64,000 nt of DNA, taken from assembly GCA_019058365.1 (NCBI GenBank), contig JAHPZE010000001.1, forward strand, positions 224,001 to 288,000, given 5' to 3'. Every line of letters begins with the position of its first letter. The stretch's first letter is position 1. This stretch comes from Promethearchaeota archaeon (GTDB lineage: Archaea > Asgardarchaeota > Lokiarchaeia > Sigyniarchaeales > SOKP01). A model generated the notes under the pieces. That model saw only the letters and a program-made list of their open reading frames with translations. It made no database searches and was not told where the DNA came from. Of the stretch, positions 50,604 to 60,904 are shown in pieces. Position numbers and translations under genes: made by a program.

Positions 50604-53600
50604 TTGATTCGACGAAAAAAAGAGATAAAACGACTGTTCTTTACTACACTTATCATTACTACAATTTGTTTGTCTAATGTGCAGATCTTAAATAATTTTA
50701 TCGTAGTTAACAATGAAAATGCAAATAATAAAAATATCGAAAATGTATTAGATGAACTTCTTCTTAGTTCTAACCGTAATGTAGATGATAATATTACTGG
50801 TTCTGGTGTTAATCAAGACATCAGAATTTATGTAAGTAATCAATCGGAAAATTTACAAAACAACGAGGGATATTTTGAAATCCCTTCAGATCCTACAGAA
50901 GATATGTTTCTTACATATGGGGATTTTAATTTTACATTTCAAAATAACTTTACCACAGATTACGTTATAGAAAATAATGATGCTCTTTACGCAGATGATT
51001 TTATCGCTTTTGATTATAACACTGGTTACTCTGGTATTACTTTCACAAATGGTTCAGTATTAGATGGAGGATATGGACGCTTAATAGATAATAATAATGG
51101 GACATATATTATTGTTGATGCTCCTAATGGAGTATTAAATTTTACGATAACAGCTAATTATACTGATACAACATATACATCTGGAGTAATCAATGGTAAT
51201 GTGGAGTTTGATCGGACTCATATTTTAGGTTTAATTTCATCTTTAGTTTTAACAATTGAGAATGATGAAGATGTAAACTTAACAGTAAGGATTAAAAATA
51301 TTTCAGACTCTACTTGGAAAGAATTGATAACTAATTTATTTATTAATGGTAGTTTGGGCATACAGAAATTAAAACAAAGATTTATTAATGAAAATTTAGA
51401 TTTCATTAATCTTGGTAATGAATGTGAAATTCAGTTTATTTTAGAAAGAGGCGATTCTTTTATTACTCATTTGCATGAATATGACTTACAATCTACCTAT
51501 GCTTTCGATCTTCCAGTGACTAATCAATCTTACGTTGCTTTAGAGTTTGATTTGAAAGGAGTAAAATCAGCAGTTCATGGTTTTTATGCATGGATAAGAA
51601 CTCTCGATCTTAATGAAGTTGCTACTACTCAATTGAATATTACCTTATATAGAGCTAATAGAACTGTTGTAAGAACCGATACTAATTTAAGAACTATTAA
51701 ACTAGGTCCAAATTATGATGACATGATAGATTCGGTAATAGTAAATGCCTATTCTAGAGATAATCTTTCCTATTTTAAATTTAATAGTACCAACACGAGT
51801 AAATTGAATCTTTCTAATTATTTTATAGTAATAAAATCTAATAGTTCCAAAGAAGTCTATAGTTTGGTTACACTCCCTTGGTTTAGTTATGGAGATAAGA
51901 AAACTGAACATCAATTAAAAACGACTATAGATGATGGAAACACTTGGATAAATGCTAAAAAAGTTGTTGAAACTGACTATCGACCATATACATCGGGACA
52001 GCTAGATGCTAGTTCTTTTATGTTGAATGTCACACGAGGATATATGCCCTCAGATTTCATTATGAATGATAATTATACTTTGAGAATTCAGGATTTACCA
52101 CTTGCAAATTTAGAGATTGATACATTCCCTTTTAATGATAGTTCCTTCTTAACTTGGGGTTTAGGTCAGTGGAAATACAATTTCTCAACTCCTATTGAAG
52201 ATGATCTATCAAATAATTTTAAAGTGGACCTTACTTGGAATAAAACATTAATTAAAGGTTTTAAGTTCAATATCACTTATTCTGCAAATGCTTACTGGAT
52301 TGAAAATGCTACAACTACCTATACTGCAAAATATAACGATGATCCAGAATGGTTATATACTTACGATTTTGATATTGATAACCCATTGTTCAATAATTGG
52401 AATTTTTTTGAATTTTGGTTTACTTTTCCTGATTTTCTTATTTTTCATAATGTTACAAATCCAAATGATGAGAAAATCCTCCCTTATAATGCTACACAAA
52501 CTACTTTAAGCGATAACCCAAGTAAGGATAAAATCGTAATCCCTAGTAATTTAGCAACACAAAGTGGATTGTATATACTTAATTTAACTTCATATAATTT
52601 TATCTCCGCGATATATAGTTATATTAATTTCAAAGGGTTATTATGGGAATCAAATGGTTTTATGGATGGAGACAATATTTCTATTAGTGCTAATATACAA
52701 GACCCTAATTCTAACCCACCATTAAGTGGTGATATGAATGCTATTCTTTTTTATCCTAATGGCACACAATTTCGTGAATTAAATTCTTCTATTGGTTTAA
52801 TTCAACAATCCAGATTATTATATGATTTTGATAATCAGACAATTTTAGATTTAACAAATGATCTCACTATTTTTGGAGAATATCATTTAGGATTCTTTTG
52901 GTTTAATGGTTCTGCTATTGGATGTAAAAAATTAACAGTCTTTATTGATACTTATGATATTGAGTTGTATGACTGTAAATATTATTCTCAGATAGGCACA
53001 AATGTTCTTGATGGAGAAATAAAAAACAAGGTATTCCAAAATTATACTGCATTGATTGCTTCTATAAACGAAACAACGGGTATTTCAATGCCAAATTTTT
53101 ATCCAATTAATAATTCTGATGTAGATTCACAATTTTCTTATGAAATAGGAGGTCAAGAACTGCCAATATTGTTGTCTTCATTTAGACAGAGTGAAAATAT
53201 CTTAAATCCAAACGAAACTGTTAATATACACGTAACGCTCCAAAATTTACATCCATTTATCCCTGTGGATGTGAAAATTGATGTGAAACTGGTATCATAC
53301 ATAAATGAAGATTGGGTTATAGCTGAAAATACATCAGATTCGGCGCTTTTATATTTTTCAGGCCATCCTCAAGAAAGTTATGAATTTAGTGTCGATCTTA
53401 AAATTCCAGATTTGGATGCAGCTACTAATTTCTGGGCAGGAACAAATGCTCCAATCAGATTAGGGGGGGCAAAAACAATAGTAACCATTTATATCGATAA
53501 TTTTACTATTGGAGAGTTCAAGAGTACAGATTACTCATTATTGAGTAATGAAACTTCTAATAATTTTGAAGGATATATTCTTGGACTGAGAGTAGCTGAA

Positions 53601-54710
53601 GAAGCAACAAGTAGGTCTATCATATATGATTTTGAACGAGATGAATGCCTTTACTTTCCTAAAAATTCAACATTTTTAGTTAATATAATCGATCAAAATT
53701 ACGTAAGTAGCTATGAACAATTTATAGGTGAATTTTCTTTAAAACTTAATAGTCAATTCACAAATATATCTATAAACCCTAATAATCCCATTAAAGGCCT
53801 AAGTTTTAATTTAAGCTCCATTTTAACCACAGAGTTTGGAGAAGAATTATCAGAGAAGAATATAACTTGTCAATATTTTGATAATAACGATAATTGGATT
53901 AATATTGGTTCTGATATTACGAACCCAGATGGATTTACAGCATTTCTTATAAACACTCAAACACTTGATTTTGAAGGTGATTTATTACTTAGATTAATAT
54001 GGGATGGAGATTCTATTAATGGAGTCTCAAAAAATATTACAGTTAATGTTATCCATGAATCAAATAATCTCTCTATATCAATTATCTCATTGGATGTTCT
54101 TATCTATCGAGGTAAAGATGCGGAGCTCAGGGTTTTTCTTACTAATATAGGAAATTCGACTTTAAGAATAATTAATATCTCTATTGAATTTAATCATGAA
54201 TTATATAATTCTATTGTTGAAATTGATTATTTAGTGTTAGAACGGTTTTCACCTGGAGAAAGCACCAATTTCATTGTTGAAATGCTAGTAGGAGATATTG
54301 GTAACTTTGAAATTTCGATTTCAATAACAGCACAAAATATCATAACTAATGAATCTATAATTTCTTTAAAAGAAGCATCATTTCAAACATATAGTCCTCT
54401 AATCTATGATTATTTCATTGAATTCTTTTTTGTTATTATAATAGGTATTTTAGCCTTAGTTTGGATAGTGGCATTTTTCTATGCTCGAAGAATAAAAAGA
54501 CTTATTGAAACTCCGATTGAAGAACCTATGAGAAGGAAGCCAAGAAAGCAAAGATATGTTCCAGTCTCCGAATTGAAAAAACCTACTCCTATCAAAATAC
54601 CCCTAAAGACAAAAGAAGCTGCAAAAGAGGTAGAAGAAGAGAAAGTAGATTTAGATTCTCTGTTAGAAGAACGAGGTTTGGTAGATAAAAAGAAAAAACC
54701 AAAAGAGTGA
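50604..54710 (+). CDS. Large secreted/surface protein with C-terminal TM helix and charged cytoplasmic tail
   Basis: RRKK plus hydrophobic signal (likely TTG start at 50604), many NxS/T sequons, beta-rich Ig/CARDB-like C-terminal part, TM FFFVIIIGILALVWIVAFFY, K/E/P-rich tail. Confidence 0.8.
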   Translation: MIRRKKEIKRLFFTTLIITTICLSNVQILNNFIVVNNENANNKNIENVLDELLLSSNRNVDDNITGSGVNQDIRIYVSNQSENLQNNEGYFEIPSDPTEDMFLTYGDFNFTFQNNFTTDYVIENNDALYADDFIAFDYNTGYSGITFTNGSVLDGGYGRLIDNNNGTYIIVDAPNGVLNFTITANYTDTTYTSGVINGNVEFDRTHILGLISSLVLTIENDEDVNLTVRIKNISDSTWKELITNLFINGSLGIQKLKQRFINENLDFINLGNECEIQFILERGDSFITHLHEYDLQSTYAFDLPVTNQSYVALEFDLKGVKSAVHGFYAWIRTLDLNEVATTQLNITLYRANRTVVRTDTNLRTIKLGPNYDDMIDSVIVNAYSRDNLSYFKFNSTNTSKLNLSNYFIVIKSNSSKEVYSLVTLPWFSYGDKKTEHQLKTTIDDGNTWINAKKVVETDYRPYTSGQLDASSFMLNVTRGYMPSDFIMNDNYTLRIQDLPLANLEIDTFPFNDSSFLTWGLGQWKYNFSTPIEDDLSNNFKVDLTWNKTLIKGFKFNITYSANAYWIENATTTYTAKYNDDPEWLYTYDFDIDNPLFNNWNFFEFWFTFPDFLIFHNVTNPNDEKILPYNATQTTLSDNPSKDKIVIPSNLATQSGLYILNLTSYNFISAIYSYINFKGLLWESNGFMDGDNISISANIQDPNSNPPLSGDMNAILFYPNGTQFRELNSSIGLIQQSRLLYDFDNQTILDLTNDLTIFGEYHLGFFWFNGSAIGCKKLTVFIDTYDIELYDCKYYSQIGTNVLDGEIKNKVFQNYTALIASINETTGISMPNFYPINNSDVDSQFSYEIGGQELPILLSSFRQSENILNPNETVNIHVTLQNLHPFIPVDVKIDVKLVSYINEDWVIAENTSDSALLYFSGHPQESYEFSVDLKIPDLDAATNFWAGTNAPIRLGGAKTIVTIYIDNFTIGEFKSTDYSLLSNETSNNFEGYILGLRVAEEATSRSIIYDFERDECLYFPKNSTFLVNIIDQNYVSSYEQFIGEFSLKLNSQFTNISINPNNPIKGLSFNLSSILTTEFGEELSEKNITCQYFDNNDNWINIGSDITNPDGFTAFLINTQTLDFEGDLLLRLIWDGDSINGVSKNITVNVIHESNNLSISIISLDVLIYRGKDAELRVFLTNIGNSTLRIINISIEFNHELYNSIVEIDYLVLERFSPGESTNFIVEMLVGDIGNFEISISITAQNIITNESIISLKEASFQTYSPLIYDYFIEFFFVIIIGILALVWIVAFFYARRIKRLIETPIEEPMRRKPRKQRYVPVSELKKPTPIKIPLKTKEAAKEVEEEKVDLDSLLEERGLVDKKKKPKE

Positions 54711-54737
54711 AGTTCCTTCACTCAACTTTTTACTCAA

Positions 54738-54755
54738 TCTTTTTTAAAAAAAAGA
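54738..54755. terminator. Candidate bidirectional terminator between convergent genes
   Basis: tctttttt followed by aaaaaaaaga gives T-runs on both strands. Confidence 0.4.
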
Positions 54756-54765
54756 GATTAGAAAA

Positions 54766-55119
54766 TTATAAATTGGATATTGAAATTAAATTTCTCTTTA
54801 AAAGCCCTAAGGAACTCCTACCATCAACTCCCGCTAAGGCAATTAATACACTTTTTTCTGAACCAACTAAAACAGCATAACCTAGTTCAAGTTCAATGGT
54901 AGTAGTCTTTAAAGAACCTTTTCCAATATCTTTGCCTAAATTGTTAGAATCCTTAATAATTGTAGCACAAGCTTTTGCAATCTTTGCATGATCCATATCT
55001 GTAATCGTTTGACCTACTAATACTTTTCCATTCGCATCAGCAGCTATCAAACCTTCCGTTTCTGGCACAATATCCATAAGTTCTGCTAATTTCTGTTCAA
55101 GAACTTTTTTATCAACCAT
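54766..55119 (-). CDS. Roadblock/LC7 domain protein
   Basis: LAELMDIVPETEGLIAADANG..., DIGKGSLKTTTIELELGYAVL. Confidence 0.85.
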   Translation of the reverse strand: MVDKKVLEQKLAELMDIVPETEGLIAADANGKVLVGQTITDMDHAKIAKACATIIKDSNNLGKDIGKGSLKTTTIELELGYAVLVGSEKSVLIALAGVDGRSSLGLLKRNLISISNL

Positions 55120-55271
55120 AGTATTTTTCTCATATCATGTAATTTTCAATAGATTTGAATTCTGAAATTGGTAAAGAAATTATCTTAAATAAATATATAG
55201 TTAAATATATCGTTTAAGCAATTTAAATTTATATTTTGGAATAAAAAAGGAAAAGGTGAAAAAATAACTAA

Positions 55272-55580
55272 TTATTTAAGAATAATTAAAATTAGATTCT
55301 CTTCTAGTGCTATCATTGTTTCTCTTGATTCTCCACCTGCAGATGTTTCTAAGCGTATAAAATTAAGTGAACCTTCGTTTAATGCTTCAACGACTTGACG
55401 TCCTTTACCGATAAGTGAAGTTACATAAGCAGCAATTTCTTCTGAGAGATTAATGTCCATATTTGAATCTATTGGCAAACCTGATGAATCACAGATGATT
55501 ACTCCACGAATTCCTTCTCTTTCTTCGAAGCGTCGAATTATAGCTTTCACTTCCGCTCTATTAATCAAACTTTGCAACAC
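55272..55580 (-). CDS. Roadblock/LC7 protein, dynein light chain DYNLRB-like
   Basis: AEVKAIIRRFEEREGIRGVIICDSSGLPIDSNMD...LNFIRLET...ETMIA. Confidence 0.85.
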   Translation of the reverse strand: MLQSLINRAEVKAIIRRFEEREGIRGVIICDSSGLPIDSNMDINLSEEIAAYVTSLIGKGRQVVEALNEGSLNFIRLETSAGGESRETMIALEENLILIILK

Positions 55581-55687
55581 CTTGAGAAATATATTCTAAA
55601 TTTTTAATATTATAATAGAGTTTAAGGTTTTTAAAAATTTATATTAAAATTTTAAAAAATAAATATTTTTATGAGTATATGTCTAAG

Positions 55688-56335
55688 CTAAGTATCATTA
55701 TCTTCTAAAAAATAGTTCTTAAACATATTTAACCTTCTTTCTTCACCAACAGAAGTAATACCCATATGACCTGGAAATATTAAGAAATTGTCATTTACTT
55801 CCGGATTATACATAATTTTCTTTTTAATACTTTCAAATAAAAGACGTGAATCTCCTCCTCTGAGGTCTGATCTACCAATACTTCGACGGAAGATTAAATC
55901 GCCAGTAAAAATTACACCTTCAATTTTCTGACCTTCATATTCCTTAGGATCTTTTGAGTAATAAGACAACGCACCCGGAGAGTGTCCTGGAGTTTCAAGC
56001 ACATGTATAGTCAATTCTCCAACATGGATAGAATCTCCTTCAGTAAGCCATTTATCTGCCTTTTTTTGAGTAAAGACTCCAGAATCAAACTCTTTTTTAC
56101 TGTACATAAGAGGAATTTCAAAATATCGTAATATTTTTCCAAGCTTTAAAGTATGATCATAATGACCATGAGTTAAAAGTAATTTGATTGGTTTTACGTT
56201 AAGCTTTTCTATAACATTAATAATTGTCTCAGGTTCTCCACCCACATCAATAATCACTACTTTATTAGTTTCACTTGAGCCAAAAATATAGGTGTTTGTA
56301 CCGAGAGGTCCTACAATAAGTCTTTTTAATATCAA
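55688..56335 (-). CDS. MBL-fold hydrolase (glyoxalase II-like)
   Basis: THGHYDH, TPGHSPG, FTGD, GRSD, PGHM. Confidence 0.92.
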   Translation of the reverse strand: MILKRLIVGPLGTNTYIFGSSETNKVVIIDVGGEPETIINVIEKLNVKPIKLLLTHGHYDHTLKLGKILRYFEIPLMYSKKEFDSGVFTQKKADKWLTEGDSIHVGELTIHVLETPGHSPGALSYYSKDPKEYEGQKIEGVIFTGDLIFRRSIGRSDLRGGDSRLLFESIKKKIMYNPEVNDNFLIFPGHMGITSVGEERRLNMFKNYFLEDNDT

Positions 56336-56383
56336 AAGAATTACACTTCTTTGAGAATTAAAGGTCGAAAAAAAATAAAGAAT

Positions 56384-56668
56384 TTATTTTTTAACCATAT
56401 TATTAATTTCATTTAATTTCTCGTAGACATCTAAGCCCTTCTTTGTTAGTTTAATAGTTTTTACCTTATTTGTATTGGTAATCTCTATAAGCCCTTTTTT
56501 AATTAATTCATCTTTTACCCGAAAGAATGAGTTGTAGTACGAAAATTTATTCAATTCGTTATAAAACAAATGCTTATCAGTTTGGTAATCTTTTTGATTA
56601 ATCAACACGGCGAGGGTGTCTTTAAACCCCTTTTTCTTTAATAACGAAATTAATTCTTCAAATATCAA
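56384..56668 (-). CDS. Small winged-helix DNA-binding protein
   Basis: ELIKKGLIEI...IKLTKKGLDVYEKL wing. The TTG at 56668 follows AGGTATGGG and is a better start than 56734. Confidence 0.7.
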   Translation of the reverse strand: MIFEELISLLKKKGFKDTLAVLINQKDYQTDKHLFYNELNKFSYYNSFFRVKDELIKKGLIEITNTNKVKTIKLTKKGLDVYEKLNEINNMVKK

Positions 56669-56917
56669 GTTCCCATACCTAATTAAAATGTTTAAAATAG
56701 TTAGACTATTTTGTAATTGAAAATTAAAAGCCATTAAAAAACCTTATGATCAGAATTTTTAAGTTCATCTATAAATTACTCTATAGAAATTTAATTTGGA
56801 TCTTTTTTTTAAATAAAGTCTGAAAAATCTTAGTATGTTTTCGATCAAAGAATCTTAATATTAAACAATGTTTACATATTTTTATATTCCCTAGCGTTAA
56901 GATTTCTTTTATGTATT

Positions 56918-56955
56918 TGGGAAATGGTGGGAAAAAGATGGGAAAAGCTTAAATA
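56918..56955 (+). promoter_or_regulatory. Three phased TGGGAAA direct repeats abutting BRE/TATA
   Basis: TGGGAAA at 56918, 56928 and 56939; ttaaata at 56949-56955, about 27 nt upstream of ATG 56979. Confidence 0.55.
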
Positions 56956-56978
56956 GAATTAACTTCTATAAATCTATA

Positions 56979-57158
56979 ATGAATAGAGAAAAGTTAAATG
57001 AACAAATAATTAGAGGTGATAATAAAAACTTAAGTATTAGTTCAATTATAGTTCAAAGTATTGAGGAAAGTGATAGGAAAGTCAATGAAATTCCCAAATT
57101 AAAATTCTATAAGATCAAAGAGAGAATTTTGGAGAGTTTTATCAATACTATAAAGTAA
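56979..57158 (+). CDS. 59-aa hypothetical protein, probably leaderless, not in ORF track
   Basis: MNREKLNEQIIRGDNKNLSISSIIVQSIEESDRKVNEIPKLKFYKIKERILESFINTIK*; TATA box at canonical distance. Confidence 0.5.
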   Translation: MNREKLNEQIIRGDNKNLSISSIIVQSIEESDRKVNEIPKLKFYKIKERILESFINTIK

Positions 57159-57272
57159 TGAATAAATGGGAAAATTACAAACCCATCATAATTTCAACTT
57201 TTTCTTATATCTTGATTTTGTATATTTTTAACAATAATTTCTTAATTATTTATTTGTTTTATTACTATATCT

Positions 57273-58163
57273 ATGAAAAAAGACTACCAAGATATAATAA
57301 TTTTAGGCCACATTGCACGTGATATCATAGAAATAGATGGTATCAATTATACTTCATTAGGTGGTGCAGTTTATTATGGGGGAATTGCTGGTAGTCATAT
57401 GGGTCTTAAAATAACCATTATCACAAGATTGAAAATAGATGATTTCTCATTATTAAGTATTTTTACAAAAAATGGAGTTAAATATTATGCTTATCCTTCT
57501 GAGGAAACTTCCGGCTTAAAAAATATTTATTCTTCAAACAATATTGAGTTTAGAACCTATGAGCCACTCGGATTTGCAGGATTATTTAAAAAAGAAGAGA
57601 TTCCAAATGTAAATGCTAAATTTTTTGTTATTGGTCCTATTATAGCAGGTGAAATCGATTTAAGATTATTAGATTACTTGTATAAGAAATATCCAGAAAA
57701 ACTCTGTTTGGATATTCAAGGATTTATTAGGTTGAGGGAACAAGGGAAAGTCTTTTACCGAGATCTCTCAGAAAATGATAAGAAGGAAATTTTATCTAAA
57801 GTAGTTGTATTAAAACTTGATCAAAAGGAGACAGAAATTATTACTTGTCAAAATGATATTAATATAGCTGCAAAACAATTAGCTGAGTTTGGACCAAAAG
57901 AAATTTTAATTACTCATGAGAAGGGAATTTCTGTATATACATCTAACAATTCATATTTTTTTCCATGGAAAAACAAAAAATCAGACGGTCGGACGGGGAG
58001 GGGAGATACAGCATTCATTAGTTATTTGGGTTCGAGATTAACTAGGAATCCCGAAGAATCTTTAAAGTATGCCGCAGCTCTTACATCTCTTAAATTAGAG
58101 CATCCAGGACCTTTCATGTTACCGTTGTATCAGGTAGAAGAATTAATTAAAAAGGAGTATTGA
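57273..58163 (+). CDS. PfkB/ribokinase family carbohydrate kinase
   Basis: GHIARD, LGGAVYYG, LDIQG, GRTGRGDTAF anion-hole motif. Confidence 0.88.
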   Translation: MKKDYQDIIILGHIARDIIEIDGINYTSLGGAVYYGGIAGSHMGLKITIITRLKIDDFSLLSIFTKNGVKYYAYPSEETSGLKNIYSSNNIEFRTYEPLGFAGLFKKEEIPNVNAKFFVIGPIIAGEIDLRLLDYLYKKYPEKLCLDIQGFIRLREQGKVFYRDLSENDKKEILSKVVVLKLDQKETEIITCQNDINIAAKQLAEFGPKEILITHEKGISVYTSNNSYFFPWKNKKSDGRTGRGDTAFISYLGSRLTRNPEESLKYAAALTSLKLEHPGPFMLPLYQVEELIKKEY

Positions 58164-58170
58164 TTCTAAT

Positions 58171-58926
58171 ATGAGGGTTGGGGGAATAATTGATATCTCA
58201 ACAAAAGATATTCCTCAAAAATCGGCAATGGTAATTTTTACAGTTGGTTGTAATTTAAGTTGTGGATTTTGTCATAACAAACATTTGCTAAATAAGGATG
58301 TAGGACGCGATATTGGAATAAATGCATTAATTGATAATGTTAAATGCAATTTATTAGTGAGTGGAGTAAGTATCAGTGGAGGAGAACCCACACTTCAAAA
58401 TGATTTACTAAATTTATGTAAAGAAATTAAAAAGCTTGGAAAATATATAAATATTGATACCAATGGCACAAATCCACAAGTTATAAAGCAACTCTTTCCA
58501 TATATTAATAGGATTGCTTTAGATTTAAAAGGACCTTTAAAACCTCAAAGACTTAAACAGATCACTGGGAGTGTAGTTGATCCTAAATTAGTAATTCAAA
58601 CTATCAATCTTGTGAATAAACAAAAAGAGATCGATTTTGAAATCAGAACAACATATGTTGGAAATTTAATGAAACCTCAGGATATATATAAGATTATTGC
58701 TTTTCTTAAAAAAGCTCATTTTCGAGGAAATTTTGTTTTACAGCAATATCAATATTCAGAAAATGTTGGAAAAAAATATAAAGAGATTTATTATATACCT
58801 GAACATATTACTTTATTAAACATTCTTAACCGCTATAAAACATCAAAATTTCCTTTTGGGATATTTATTCGGGATAATGTGGTTGGTTATAGTAATATCA
58901 ATGATATAAATGTTAATGGTTTTTAA
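58171..58926 (+). CDS. Glycyl-radical activating radical SAM enzyme (anaerobic RNR-activase-like)
   Basis: FTVGCNLSCGFCHN, GVSISGGEPTLQ, IDTNG, DLKG, EIRTT. Confidence 0.88.
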   Translation: MRVGGIIDISTKDIPQKSAMVIFTVGCNLSCGFCHNKHLLNKDVGRDIGINALIDNVKCNLLVSGVSISGGEPTLQNDLLNLCKEIKKLGKYINIDTNGTNPQVIKQLFPYINRIALDLKGPLKPQRLKQITGSVVDPKLVIQTINLVNKQKEIDFEIRTTYVGNLMKPQDIYKIIAFLKKAHFRGNFVLQQYQYSENVGKKYKEIYYIPEHITLLNILNRYKTSKFPFGIFIRDNVVGYSNINDINVNGF

Positions 58927-59028
58927 TTGATTTAGTCTCGATTTTTGATTTCATACCATAGAATACACCGATTCGGCAGAGTAATATTATTATTTGGATT
59001 ACAATAATTAATTTTTAGAACTATTTAA

Positions 59029-59874
59029 TTATTTTAATCCATATTTAGGCTTTCTTTTTCCAAAGAAGGCACTAGAAGCCTCATTTAGATCTTTTGAGGA
59101 GAAACTTAAAACAATTGAACTATTTTCAAATTGCAAAATATTATTTAAACTTGGAGAATCTAATGACAAATTAAGGGCTTCTTTTGTCATACGTAAACCT
59201 AAAGGACTTTTAGTTAGTAATTCTTCCGCTAATTTAAATACTTCATCCAATAATCTTTCTTTCTTTACAACTTTTAGGACAAATCCAATCTTCTCAGCTT
59301 CTTTTCCAGAAACGCCTCTCCCACTATAGATGATTTCAGTAGCTCTTGAAAGATTAATAAGACGAGGAAGGAAATAACTACTTCCCATATCCGCGCCTGT
59401 TAAACCAATATTAATGGAAGCATTTATAAAATTGACATCTTCACTCGCAATTCTAATGTCAGAAGCCATTGCGAATCCAAATCCACCTCCCGCTACTGAA
59501 CCATGAACAGCAGCTATGATTGGTTGGGAAATTTTTCTCATTTTCATAATAATTTGAGTTATACGCCATTGATGATACATTTTTCTTTTTATTGGTTCTG
59601 ACATATTCAAGAAATAAAATTTTTCATATCCTTCTGGATTCTTTTTCGAATTCAAGATTAGACCTTCTTGTAAATCTGTTCCTGCTGAAAAGGCTCTTCC
59701 CTCCCCCCGTAGAATCAATACCCGACAATCTAAATTCACCATTAATTCATCTAATATTTGATGAAGTTCTTCTTCCATTTGAAATGAGATCGCATTTAAT
59801 TTTTTAGGTCTATTTAAACTTAAAATACCTATGCCATTTTCTCGTATTTCAAATTTGAGAGTCTCATATTCCAT
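59029..59874 (-). CDS. Enoyl-CoA hydratase/isomerase family protein
   Basis: LNRPKKLNA, FSAGTDL, QPIIAAVHG..AGGG, SDIRIA. Confidence 0.92.
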   Translation of the reverse strand: MEYETLKFEIRENGIGILSLNRPKKLNAISFQMEEELHQILDELMVNLDCRVLILRGEGRAFSAGTDLQEGLILNSKKNPEGYEKFYFLNMSEPIKRKMYHQWRITQIIMKMRKISQPIIAAVHGSVAGGGFGFAMASDIRIASEDVNFINASINIGLTGADMGSSYFLPRLINLSRATEIIYSGRGVSGKEAEKIGFVLKVVKKERLLDEVFKLAEELLTKSPLGLRMTKEALNLSLDSPSLNNILQFENSSIVLSFSSKDLNEASSAFFGKRKPKYGLK

Positions 59875-59899
59875 ATTTTTTCACGCTTTTTTCAGTTAT

Positions 59900-60760
59900 T
59901 CATGACTTTGGATAATGTGGTTTCCTCTTTTCAAAAAACGCATTAATCCCTTCCAAAAGATCAGTAGATGTTGAACATAGCATCTGCGAACGATTTTCTA
60001 TTTGCATTACTGTGTCAAGACTAGGTGAATCAAGTGATATATTAATAGCTTCTTTTGTCATTCTAAGCCCGAGTGGACTTTTCGTAAGTAAATTTTCTGC
60101 AATTTCAATTGCGGCTTCTAATAATTTAATCTCATCACCTTCTACTACTTTTAGAATGAGTCCAATTTCCTCTGCTTCTTTAGCATCTACAAAACGCCCT
60201 GTATATAATATTTCAGCGGCTCGAGACATACCAATTAATCGAGGCAAATAATAACTACTTGCTAAATCGGAACCAGAGAATCCAATATTTATAAATGAAT
60301 TTGCTAATTTTGCATTTTCTCCTGCAATTCTTATATCTGCTGCTAAACATAAAGTAAATCCTGCTCCTGTTGCAGGGCCTTGGATAACTGCAATAATAGG
60401 TTGACTAATTTTCCTCATTTTAATAATTAGATGACTAGCTCTAGATTGTGCGTAAATCTTGGCTTTAATAGTATCTTTATCTGGAGCCCTCATGAAGAAA
60501 AACTTTTTTTTGAGCTCTTCTGGTTTTTTTTTAGATTGAAGGACTGTAGATTCTCTTAGATCTAATCCCGCACAAAAAGCTTTACCCTCTGCTCTTAAAA
60601 TAAGAACACGACAATCTAAATTAATTATTAACCCATCAAAAATGGAATGCAAATCTTCAATCATTTGAAAATTCAATGCATTTAATTTATCTGGACGGTT
60701 TAGAGTTAATATACCAATTCCATCTTCTCTCAATTCAAATTTTAAAGTTTCAAAATTCAA
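59900..60760 (-). CDS. Enoyl-CoA hydratase/isomerase family protein (tandem paralog)
   Basis: LNRPDKLNA, FCAGLDL, QPIIAVIQG.ATGAG; high similarity to the adjacent gene. Confidence 0.92.
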   Translation of the reverse strand: MNFETLKFELREDGIGILTLNRPDKLNALNFQMIEDLHSIFDGLIINLDCRVLILRAEGKAFCAGLDLRESTVLQSKKKPEELKKKFFFMRAPDKDTIKAKIYAQSRASHLIIKMRKISQPIIAVIQGPATGAGFTLCLAADIRIAGENAKLANSFINIGFSGSDLASSYYLPRLIGMSRAAEILYTGRFVDAKEAEEIGLILKVVEGDEIKLLEAAIEIAENLLTKSPLGLRMTKEAINISLDSPSLDTVMQIENRSQMLCSTSTDLLEGINAFFEKRKPHYPKS

Positions 60761-60904
60761 TTTTCAAACCTCGAAATTATTATAATTATCTTATCTAGAT
60801 ATCTTACATAAGATTAATTAACTTAAAAATCCATAAAAAGTAATTTAATATTTAATGATTAAATAAACATATTTAACCTAATATTCTTAATTCAAAATTA
60901 AATA

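Noticed and set aside
56735-57272. Replication origin next to a winged-helix initiator
   Set aside because: No canonical ORB elements or cdc6/orc1 gene; promoter geometry explains the repeats better.
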